28,462 nucleotides of DNA, from assembly GCA_038042445.1 (NCBI GenBank), contig JBBTED010000047.1, positions 1 to 28,462 on the forward strand, in the 5' to 3' direction. Under the pieces are notes generated by a model. The model worked only from the letters and a program-made list of their open reading frames with translations, made no database searches and was not told where the DNA came from. Numbering within the stretch: position 1 is the stretch's first letter; every line of letters starts with the position of its first letter. Shown here in pieces: positions 19,567 through 27,275 of this stretch. This DNA comes from Candidatus Firestoneibacteriota bacterium (GTDB lineage: Bacteria > Oederibacteriota > D2-FULL-39-29 > JBBTED01). The translations under genes were made by a program, and so were the position numbers.

Positions 19567-20751
19567 ATGATTGATTTGCAAAAAGAAATAAAAGAAAAAA
19601 AACGTGTTGCGTTGAGTTCTGTAATAGCTGCGGTTTTTTTAACTTTGGCAAAATTTGTAGTTGGATTAACTACAGGCAGCTTAGGCATAATTTCAGAAGC
19701 TCTACATTCAACTTTAGATTTAGGAGCTGCAATTATAACTTATTTTGCAATGAAAATTACAGATAAACCTGCTGATGAACTACATCAGTATGGACATGGC
19801 AAAGTAGAAAGTATTGCTGCATTAACTGAAGCTTTGCTTTTACTTTTTACATGTTTCTGGATAACTGTAGAAGCCATTGAACGCATTTTAGGCAAAAAAA
19901 TGGAAATAGAAGTAAATTTAATAAGTTTTGCAGTATTAATAGGCGCTATACTTATAGATATTTCCAGAGCACGCGCACTTTCAAATGTGGCGAAAAAATA
20001 TCAAAGCTCTGCACTTGCTGCAGATGCACTGCATTTCTCCAGCGATGTTTTAAGCTCTATAGTGGTAATAGCCGGATTAATATTTGTCAAATTTGGGTTT
20101 CCTATGGCAGATCCCCTTGCAGCTATAGGAGTTGCTATATTAGTCGCAATTGCAAGTATAAAACTTGCAATTAAAACTTTAGATGCCCTAATGGATAAAG
20201 TCCCACAGGAAATAGAAGATGAAGTTAAAAAAAGAATAGAATCTGTAACAAATGTAGCGGATTTTCATAAATTAAGATTAAGACGCTCAGGCAAGCAGAT
20301 ATTTATTGATTTGCATGTTCAATTAGATAAAACAATACCCTTTCCTGATGTACATAAAATAACCACTGCTATTGAAAAGAAAATATCCGAATTAGGATAT
20401 TCAACTGATGTTGTAGTTCACCCTGAACCAATAACTACAAATAATAAGCAGGATGAAGAAAAAATAACGCGTAAAGAAATTACTGAAATATTAAATGACC
20501 ATAGCGATAAATATGCTGACTTTCACAACTTAAGTGTAAAAAAAATCGGGGAAGATGTATTTGTAAATGTCCATTTAGTAGTTCCAAAAGATATGAACAT
20601 TGCTAAAGCACATAATTTATGCAATCATTTGGAAAAAGATATTGCAAATAATTTATCCCCATCAGTAAAAACAAACATACACGTAGAACCCTGCAATGGA
20701 GAATGCAAACCCTGCACTAACACAAACTGTGCCTTAAGCACCAAAAAATAA
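19567..20751 (+). CDS. cation diffusion facilitator (FieF-like) with duplicated C-terminal domain
   Basis: SEALHSTLD, HQYGHGKVE, ADALHFSSD; two repeats of the LH...H...VH.EP domain; Cys-rich tail. Confidence 0.92.
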   Translation: MIDLQKEIKEKKRVALSSVIAAVFLTLAKFVVGLTTGSLGIISEALHSTLDLGAAIITYFAMKITDKPADELHQYGHGKVESIAALTEALLLLFTCFWITVEAIERILGKKMEIEVNLISFAVLIGAILIDISRARALSNVAKKYQSSALAADALHFSSDVLSSIVVIAGLIFVKFGFPMADPLAAIGVAILVAIASIKLAIKTLDALMDKVPQEIEDEVKKRIESVTNVADFHKLRLRRSGKQIFIDLHVQLDKTIPFPDVHKITTAIEKKISELGYSTDVVVHPEPITTNNKQDEEKITRKEITEILNDHSDKYADFHNLSVKKIGEDVFVNVHLVVPKDMNIAKAHNLCNHLEKDIANNLSPSVKTNIHVEPCNGECKPCTNTNCALSTKK

Positions 20752-20795
20752 TTATATAAAACTATATTAATCGTTTTGGGATTGTAGAAAAAAAC

Positions 20796-20824
20796 TTGAC
20801 AGGTGGTTTAGAATTTTATAGAAT
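20796..20824 (+). promoter_or_regulatory. near-consensus sigma70 promoter
   Basis: TTGACA(20796-20801)-17 bp-TAGAAT(20819-20824). Confidence 0.8.
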
Positions 20825-20830
20825 GTATAT

Positions 20831-20899
20831 GCGTCTGGAATGAGTCGCATAGCGTCTCAAAGAGGGGACTTTGTCTCCATCTCCAGTCGCTTTTTTTTT
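20831..20899 (+). ncRNA. structured RNA upstream of the DUF3800 gene (three-way junction plus U-tract)
   Basis: P1 20831-39/20882-90, P2 20841-48/20852-59, P3 20864-69/20873-78, then T9; GC-rich against an AT-rich background; begins at the predicted transcription start. Confidence 0.7.
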
Positions 20900-20910
20900 A
20901 TGGAGGTAAA

Positions 20911-21816
20911 ATGTATCTTTGCTATATTGATGAATCAGGAACATCCCAAATACCCGGAACATCCAGTCATTACATTCTGGCAGGACTTACAATTCCTATT
21001 GAAAAATGGAAACAATTTGAAAATGATATTTGCGCAATCAAAAAGAAATATGACTTAATGGACTCGGAAATACATACTGCATGGATATTAAGAAGCTATA
21101 TTGAACAAAGCAAAATCCAGGATTTTGAAAAAATGGATTATACAACAAGGAAATTTGAGGTAACCAGAATTAGAAATAGTAAAATTCTAAAATTACAGCA
21201 AATAGGTAAGAGTGACGTATTAAAACAGACAAAAAAGAATTATCGACAAACTGATAAATACATTCATTTATTAAAAGATGAACGTAAGAAGTTTGTATTT
21301 GAAATTGCAGAACAAATTGGTAAATGGAATGATGCAAAGTTATTTGCTGATTGTATTGACAAAACATATTACAATCCACAAAAAAGCGGAAAGACAACTG
21401 ACGAAGAAGCTTTTGAACAAGTTGTTTCCAGATTTGAACAGTTTCTTAATGCAGTTTCAAATAAAGAAAAAAGAGAAGTATATGGCCTAATAATTCATGA
21501 CAACAATGAAACGGTTGCCAAAGAACACACTAATTTGATGAAAGCTTTTCATGAAAAAGGAACGCTTTGGACCAGAATAAAAAGAATAATTGAAACACCT
21601 TTATTTGTAAATTCCGAACTAACGAGTATGGTGCAAGTCGCAGATGTATGCGCATATTCTTTACGGAGATATGTTGAAAATAATGAATCGGATTTATTTA
21701 ATCAAATTTATAAAAGAGCTGATAGAAATAAAGTCAGTGTAGTTGGTGTAAGACATTATGCGGATAATAAGTGTTTATGTGAAATATGCCAAAATCATAG
21801 GAAGAATAAGATTTAA
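20911..21816 (+). CDS. DUF3800 domain-containing protein
   Basis: N-terminal YIDESG, EIH, IIHD, C-terminal FVNS...MVQVAD; GGAGG RBS. Confidence 0.88.
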   Translation: MYLCYIDESGTSQIPGTSSHYILAGLTIPIEKWKQFENDICAIKKKYDLMDSEIHTAWILRSYIEQSKIQDFEKMDYTTRKFEVTRIRNSKILKLQQIGKSDVLKQTKKNYRQTDKYIHLLKDERKKFVFEIAEQIGKWNDAKLFADCIDKTYYNPQKSGKTTDEEAFEQVVSRFEQFLNAVSNKEKREVYGLIIHDNNETVAKEHTNLMKAFHEKGTLWTRIKRIIETPLFVNSELTSMVQVADVCAYSLRRYVENNESDLFNQIYKRADRNKVSVVGVRHYADNKCLCEICQNHRKNKI

Positions 21817-21845
21817 TATGAAGCAATTCGCATTACAAAAAACAG

Positions 21846-21875
21846 TTGCCAAAAATTTTTTACTTCTGCTATAAT
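21846..21875 (+). promoter_or_regulatory. tRNA operon promoter
   Basis: TTGCCA-18 bp-TATAAT with extended TG. Confidence 0.65.
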
Positions 21876-21885
21876 GTTTCATCTT

Positions 21886-21957
21886 GCTGGCGTGGCTCAG
21901 GGGTAGAGCAGGGGTTTTGTAAACCTCAGGTCGGGGGTTCAATTCCCTCCGCCAGCT
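21886..21957 (+). tRNA. tRNA-Thr(TGT)
   Basis: Acceptor stem GCTGGCG/CGCCAGC; anticodon loop TT-TGT-AA; GGTTCAATTCC T-arm; CCA not encoded. Confidence 0.95.
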
Positions 21958-21977
21958 TTTAAAAAACAAATCTTAGT

Positions 21978-22064
21978 GGGCAGGTGGCGGAGTGGTCAAT
22001 CGCAACAGACTGTAAATCTGTCGGCCGTAGGCCTTCGGAGGTTCAAGTCCTCCCTTGCCCACCA
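21978..22064 (+). tRNA. tRNA-Tyr(GTA)
   Basis: Acceptor stem GGGCAGG/CTTGCCC; ACAGA-CT-GTA-AA-TCTGT; long variable arm; encoded CCA. Confidence 0.96.
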
Positions 22065-22134
22065 TTATTTGAAACTTTGCAAAAAATCACCAAAGAGTTA
22101 AAAGTTCCAGCTACTGATTTAACAAAATAATTTC

Positions 22135-22971
22135 ATGCAAAATACAATAGCTGTAAAACAGGATACAAAAGTTGATGAAATTAATTATCAAAAACCATAT
22201 TTTGAAAATGATAATATTTCTATTTATAAAGATGATATTTTAAAAATCATCGCCATTCCAGAAAACTCTATTGATTTGATTGTTACTTCACCACCTTACA
22301 ATATTGATATTAATTACAATTCCCACGCAGACAATCTAACTTACGAGGATTATTTAGAATTCACTCAAAAATGGATTAAAAAATGTTTTTATTTAGCAAA
22401 AAACGAAGGACGTTTTTTGCTAAATATTCCACTTGATAAAAATAAAGGCGGACAAAAATCAGTTGGCGCAGATATTACAAAAATTGCAAAAGATGCTGGA
22501 TGGAAATATCACTCAACGATTATTTGGAATGAAGGAAACATATCCCGACGCACTGCTTGGGGTTCGTATATGTCCGCTTCTGCTCCTTATGTTATTGCTC
22601 CGGTAGAATTGATTTTAGTTTTGTATAAAGACAGTTGGAAAAAAACTGGTAGCAGCAGAAAAAATGATATTACCAAAGAGGAATTTATGCAGTGGACAAA
22701 TGGTATATGGACATTTAACGGTGAAAGCAAAAAAAGAATTGGTCACCCCGCTCCATTTCCGATTGAATTGCCAAGACGCTGTATAAAGTTATTTAGTTTT
22801 ATTGGCGATACTGTTTTAGATCCTTTTTTAGGTAGTGGAACAACACTTATTGCTTCGTATTTGAACAATAGAAAAGGTATTGGTATTGATATTGATAAAA
22901 ATTATTGCGATTTAGCAATTAAACGTTTACAACAAGAAGCACAAATAAATCAAATAAGTTTATTAATTTAA
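22135..22971 (+). CDS. beta-class amino DNA methyltransferase (M.Hpy188III-like)
   Basis: TSPPYN precedes HPAPFP and DPFLGSGTT; NISRRTAWGS...ASAPY matches my recall of the H. pylori TCNNGA MTase. Confidence 0.9.
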   Translation: MQNTIAVKQDTKVDEINYQKPYFENDNISIYKDDILKIIAIPENSIDLIVTSPPYNIDINYNSHADNLTYEDYLEFTQKWIKKCFYLAKNEGRFLLNIPLDKNKGGQKSVGADITKIAKDAGWKYHSTIIWNEGNISRRTAWGSYMSASAPYVIAPVELILVLYKDSWKKTGSSRKNDITKEEFMQWTNGIWTFNGESKKRIGHPAPFPIELPRRCIKLFSFIGDTVLDPFLGSGTTLIASYLNNRKGIGIDIDKNYCDLAIKRLQQEAQINQISLLI

Positions 22972-22979
22972 TTAAAACT

Positions 22980-23567
22980 ATGAAAAAAAAGAATAAATCA
23001 ATTAAAGACTTGCTTATTGAATATTTTAAGTTACATCCAAAAGAAGATATGTCACATGGCCCAGTTGTTGATTGGGTTGAAACCAAATATAAAAAACTTT
23101 ATAACAAAAAACCACGAGATACTTGGCGAGCAATTAGGAATTTACACGAAGTTGGTTTTTTGATTAAAGTGAAAAAAGGGGTGTATAAATATGATCCCAA
23201 AGCAGTTAATCAACGAGACCTGGAAGATTTTACATCTAAACAAAAAGAGTTTATTCTAAAACGAGATGGATATAAATGCGTTAGATGTGGACGTGGCAAA
23301 GAAGATGGAATTGAATTACAAGTCGATCATATTAAATCAAGATATGAAGGTGGTAAAGCAATAATTGAAAATGGACAAACTCTATGTTCGCAACACAATT
23401 TTATTAAAAAACATCTTAAACAAACAGAAACTGGTAAAAAAATGTTTATTCGCTTATATGAATTAGCCAAAAGTGAGAAAAATAAGGAATTAATATATTT
23501 TTGTGACGATGTGTTAAAAGATTATGAAAAACATAACATTAACGGGCATATTATTTGGGAAAGATAA
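22980..23567 (+). CDS. HNH restriction endonuclease (Hpy188III-like)
   Basis: RDGYKCVRC, VDHIK, GG...NGQTLC..HN; directly downstream of the MTase. Confidence 0.85.
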   Translation: MKKKNKSIKDLLIEYFKLHPKEDMSHGPVVDWVETKYKKLYNKKPRDTWRAIRNLHEVGFLIKVKKGVYKYDPKAVNQRDLEDFTSKQKEFILKRDGYKCVRCGRGKEDGIELQVDHIKSRYEGGKAIIENGQTLCSQHNFIKKHLKQTETGKKMFIRLYELAKSEKNKELIYFCDDVLKDYEKHNINGHIIWER

Positions 23568-23612
23568 TTACGCCAAGACCTATTTTATTCTACTTTTTCC
23601 GTAAATATTTTA

Positions 23613-24428
23613 ATGAAAAAAACTGATTATTCTATAGATTTAAGTAAAACTAGAAAATTTATAATAAAACTTACTTTGCAGGCGGGGGAGATATTAAAAA
23701 AACATTTTGCTGCAAAAAAATATTCTGTTACACAAAAATCGGGTGTGGATTTTACAACTCAGGCAGATACAGAAGCAGATGAATTTTTACGAAAAAATAT
23801 ATTAAAGAAATATCCGCGTTCAAATTTTTTAACAGAAGAAACAGCTCCTAAAGATTATTCAATATTTAAAAATACCGTAAACCTATGGGTTATTGACCCA
23901 TTAGATGGCACAATTAATTTTTCCAGAGGAAATCCAAATTTTGCTATATCTATTGCATTGGTTAGTAAAGGAATACCTGAATTGGGTGTTATATACAAAC
24001 CAATAACAAAAGAAATTTATTGGGCTCAGGAAAATATCAAATATGCATTTCTTAATGACAAGCCAATATATGTATCATCAACTAACAATTTGCGGGAATC
24101 AGTAATTGCCTGTGATTGGGCATGGTCATTAGAAAAAAGATTGAATGTGGTTAAATGGTTACACAATATTAGTCCTTATGTCCGACAAATAAAATCTATG
24201 GGAAGCGCAGTTGCTGATTTAGCAAGTCTTGCAAATGGAAAAATAGATGTATATATCCATTCCGGTTTAAAACCATGGGATATAGCCGCACCAGCTCTTA
24301 TAATTCAAAAAGCAGGTGGAAAAGTAACTGTTCCTTCTGGTAATAAATGGAATGCTTTTCAATCTGACATACTTGCTTCCAACAATATTCTACACCGTAG
24401 AATAATTAATTTGATAAATTGTTCGTAA
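23613..24428 (+). CDS. inositol monophosphatase family protein (SuhB-like)
   Basis: TEE, WVIDPLDGTINF, GSA, PWDIAA. Confidence 0.92.
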   Translation: MKKTDYSIDLSKTRKFIIKLTLQAGEILKKHFAAKKYSVTQKSGVDFTTQADTEADEFLRKNILKKYPRSNFLTEETAPKDYSIFKNTVNLWVIDPLDGTINFSRGNPNFAISIALVSKGIPELGVIYKPITKEIYWAQENIKYAFLNDKPIYVSSTNNLRESVIACDWAWSLEKRLNVVKWLHNISPYVRQIKSMGSAVADLASLANGKIDVYIHSGLKPWDIAAPALIIQKAGGKVTVPSGNKWNAFQSDILASNNILHRRIINLINCS

Positions 24429-24510
24429 ACATATTCATTATATATATCAGAAAAAATAAATAACTTTTCTCTTTACAATAAAATTATAATTAATATATAC
24501 TCTAAACGAG

Positions 24511-24711
24511 GTGAGGGAAATGAAAGGTTTGCATGAACAATTTATAGTAGATAAATTAGGTAAAAAAACAGCTGTTGTTTTACCATTAGGAGATTATGAG
24601 GGGATTTTAGAAGACATTCATGATCTTGCTATTATTGCAGAGCGGAAAGATGAACCAACTATTAGTTTTGACGAACTAAAAAAGAAGCTAAAAACTGATG
24701 GCATCATTTAA
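24511..24711 (+). CDS. antitoxin, similar to 1251-1460
   Basis: QFIVD..G.KTAVVLP..DY..ILEDIHD; overlaps the RelE gene; start could be the ATG at 24520. Confidence 0.8.
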   Translation: MREMKGLHEQFIVDKLGKKTAVVLPLGDYEGILEDIHDLAIIAERKDEPTISFDELKKKLKTDGII

Positions 24712-24946
24712 AGTCGAGTGGAAAAATTCTGCTGAACATGATATCAGAAATATTGACAGACAATATATTTCCAAGATACTGAATGTTATTGAAACTCTAT
24801 CGGAGAATCCATTTCCTATTCAATCCAAAAAACTTCGAGATTCGGAATCCAGCTATCGTATTCGTATAGGTGATTATCGTGTAATATATCAAATTGATAC
24901 AAAAGAAAAGATTGTAACTATTTATCATATTCGTCATAGAAAATAA
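24698..24946 (+). CDS. RelE/ParE family toxin, probably C-terminally truncated
   Basis: YRIRIGDYRVIYQID...HIRHRK, then TAA GCT TAT AAA ATA TAA. Confidence 0.88.
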   Translation: MASFKVEWKNSAEHDIRNIDRQYISKILNVIETLSENPFPIQSKKLRDSESSYRIRIGDYRVIYQIDTKEKIVTIYHIRHRK

Positions 24947-25029
24947 GCTTATAAAATATAAAAATAACAGTATTTGAACTTGACATTTTTCCCAAATAAT
25001 ATATATAATTTATTAAGGAGGTGAATTAT

Positions 25030-25488
25030 ATGAAAAATTTAGTAGCAATTGTAATAGTATCAGTTTTTGCAATATCTTTTATTGGATGCGGTGGTGGAAG
25101 TCAAACATTAAAGAGTGATGGCTCAATAAAGGAAACAGTAACAGAACAGGCAAATACTGATAGATATGTCACTGCAATAGGCATTGGTGCACCAGCTGCA
25201 GATGTTACTACTGATACACAGAAAAAAGCAACATCAAGAAATGCAGCAATAGTTGCAGCACAATATCAGATGGTCAGTTTATTAAAAGGTGTTAAAATTA
25301 CAGGCGGTGTAACTATTGAAAAAGCAATGGAAACTGATTCAAAAATTCAGGCAACAGTAAATGACTCTGTGCGTGGCGCTGAAATTGTGAAAAACGAATG
25401 GACAAATGATAACGGATGTATTGTAACAATGAGACTTGACAAAGACGGATTAGCAAAACAATTAGGAGTAACATTTGACAAGCCATAA
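25030..25488 (+). CDS. lipoprotein (LPP20-like)
   Basis: Signal peptide with lipobox FIGC; AIGIGA...SRNAAIVAA; AAGGAGGTG RBS before the ATG at 25030; TTGACA...TATAAT at 24980-25009. Confidence 0.8.
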   Translation: MKNLVAIVIVSVFAISFIGCGGGSQTLKSDGSIKETVTEQANTDRYVTAIGIGAPAADVTTDTQKKATSRNAAIVAAQYQMVSLLKGVKITGGVTIEKAMETDSKIQATVNDSVRGAEIVKNEWTNDNGCIVTMRLDKDGLAKQLGVTFDKP

Positions 25489-25506
25489 TTAAGTTTTTTT
25501 AATTTT

Positions 25507-25548
25507 TAAAGAAAGCACCTCTTTTTATAAAGGTGCTTTCTTTATTTA
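25507..25548. terminator. intrinsic terminator
   Basis: TAAAGAAAGCACCT-loop-AGGTGCTTTCTTTA inverted repeat after the lipoprotein gene. Confidence 0.8.
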
Positions 25549-25586
25549 TATTGCAAAACACAGATTGTTAAAATATAATAACCTTT

Positions 25587-26333
25587 ATGCAAGAAAAACA
25601 AAAAGTTGTTGTTGTAATGCCGGCGTATAATGCGGTAAAAACACTTGAATCTACATATAACGATATTCCAAAAGAAAGTGTAGATGAAATAATACTTGTT
25701 GATGATGCAAGCCACGATGAAACTGCAAAAGCAGCCAAATCTTTAGGCTTAAAAGTATTTATTCATCCTGAAAATCGTGGATATGGTGGAAATCAAAAAA
25801 CCTGTTATACAGAAGCATTAAAAGAAAATGCTGATATCATAGTTATGCTTCATCCTGATTATCAATATGATCCAAAACTTATCCCTGAAATAATAAAACC
25901 AATTACTGAGGGAAAAGCTGATTTAGTGCTTGCATCCAGAATGGCTAATTCAAGTGCACTAAACGGAGGAATGCCTGTTTACAAATATCTCGCAAACAAA
26001 TTTTTAACAGCAATAGAGAATTTTATTCTTAACCAGTCTTTATCAGAATTCCACACAGGATATAGAGCTTACAGTAAAAAACTTCTTAAAACTATACCAT
26101 TTATGTTAAATTCAGACAATTTTGTGTTTGATACAGAAATCATAGTGCAAACAGTAATGATGAAATTTAAAATTGCAGAAATATCCTGCCCTACACGTTA
26201 TTTAAAAAACTCTTCATCAATAAATTTCAAAAATAGTCTTGTATACGGATTTCAAACACTTTTGGCTTTATCAAAATTCATTCTTCACAAAACTGGACTA
26301 AAAAAATTTAAATTTTTTAGTCCAACCAATTAA
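25587..26333 (+). CDS. glycosyltransferase family 2 (DPM synthase-like)
   Basis: VVMPAYNA, LVDDAS.D, NRGYGGNQK, HPDYQY, EFHTGYRAY. Confidence 0.92.
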   Translation: MQEKQKVVVVMPAYNAVKTLESTYNDIPKESVDEIILVDDASHDETAKAAKSLGLKVFIHPENRGYGGNQKTCYTEALKENADIIVMLHPDYQYDPKLIPEIIKPITEGKADLVLASRMANSSALNGGMPVYKYLANKFLTAIENFILNQSLSEFHTGYRAYSKKLLKTIPFMLNSDNFVFDTEIIVQTVMMKFKIAEISCPTRYLKNSSSINFKNSLVYGFQTLLALSKFILHKTGLKKFKFFSPTN

Positions 26334-26354
26334 TATCAGGAGGAAAAACTATCT

Positions 26355-27275
26355 ATGAAAAGAGATTTGCTTTCAATAAATGATTTAACTGAAAAAGATA
26401 TAGCTTTAATTTTACAAAAAACAAAGATTCTAAAAAAAATGCGAAAAAGTAATCGTAAATTAAATCAGCTTCAAGACAAAACTTTAGCATTGATTTTTTT
26501 TAAGCCCTCTACAAGAACCCGTATTTCATTTGAAGTGGCAATGTATGAATTAGGTGGAAATGTAACTTATTTGTCCGGAGATGAAATCCAGATAAGCAGA
26601 GGTGAACCTTGTGCTGATACAGCAAAAGTATTAAGCAGATATGTCCATGGCATAGTTATAAGAACTTTCTCGCACAGCGAAGTCCTTGAACTTGCGCAAA
26701 ATTCTACAATTCCTGTTATAAATGGACTTACTGATTTAGAACATCCGTGTCAAATACTTGCAGATTTATTTACAATTTATGAACGCCATAAAAAACTTGA
26801 TGGCTTAAAAATAGCTTTTATTGGAGATGGAAATAATGTAGCTAATTCATGGCTTTTAGCAGCTCCAAAAGTAAATGCAAATTTTGTCCTTGCTTGCCCA
26901 CGTGGATATGAACCAGACTCTGGAATAGTATCTTCTGCAATAAAAGAAGCAAAAAGAAAAGGTGTTCATATAGAAGTAATAAATGACCCAAAACTCGCAG
27001 CAAAATCTGCTGATGTCATTTATACTGATGTATGGATAAGTATGGGACAGGAAAAAGATGCAAAAGCAAAAAAATCACAATTCAACAGGTTTCAGGTTAA
27101 TAAAAATTTACTTGCTTTGGCGAAACCTGAATGTATGATAATGCATTGTTTACCTGCACATCGCGGTGAAGAAATAACTGCAGATGTAATTGATGGAAAA
27201 AATTCAGTTGTCTGGGAGCAAGCAGAAAACAGACTTCATGTTGAAAAAACAATTTTGTCACTTTTACTTAAATGA
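26355..27275 (+). CDS. argF: ornithine carbamoyltransferase
   Basis: STRTR, HPCQILAD, GDGNN, TDVW.SMG, HCLP. Confidence 0.95.
   Translation: MKRDLLSINDLTEKDIALILQKTKILKKMRKSNRKLNQLQDKTLALIFFKPSTRTRISFEVAMYELGGNVTYLSGDEIQISRGEPCADTAKVLSRYVHGIVIRTFSHSEVLELAQNSTIPVINGLTDLEHPCQILADLFTIYERHKKLDGLKIAFIGDGNNVANSWLLAAPKVNANFVLACPRGYEPDSGIVSSAIKEAKRKGVHIEVINDPKLAAKSADVIYTDVWISMGQEKDAKAKKSQFNRFQVNKNLLALAKPECMIMHCLPAHRGEEITADVIDGKNSVVWEQAENRLHVEKTILSLLLK

Noticed and set aside
20840..21058. 72-aa ORF overlapping the structured RNA and the DUF3800 start
   Set aside because: No RBS, runs through the T-tract, and overlaps the DUF3800 gene, which has a clear GGAGG.
21775..21969. 64-aa minus-strand ORF
   Set aside because: Antisense translation of tRNA-Thr.
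24944..24946. Stop-codon reassignment as an explanation for the in-frame TAA
   Set aside because: TAA is the normal stop for many genes in this window; a point mutation is simpler.
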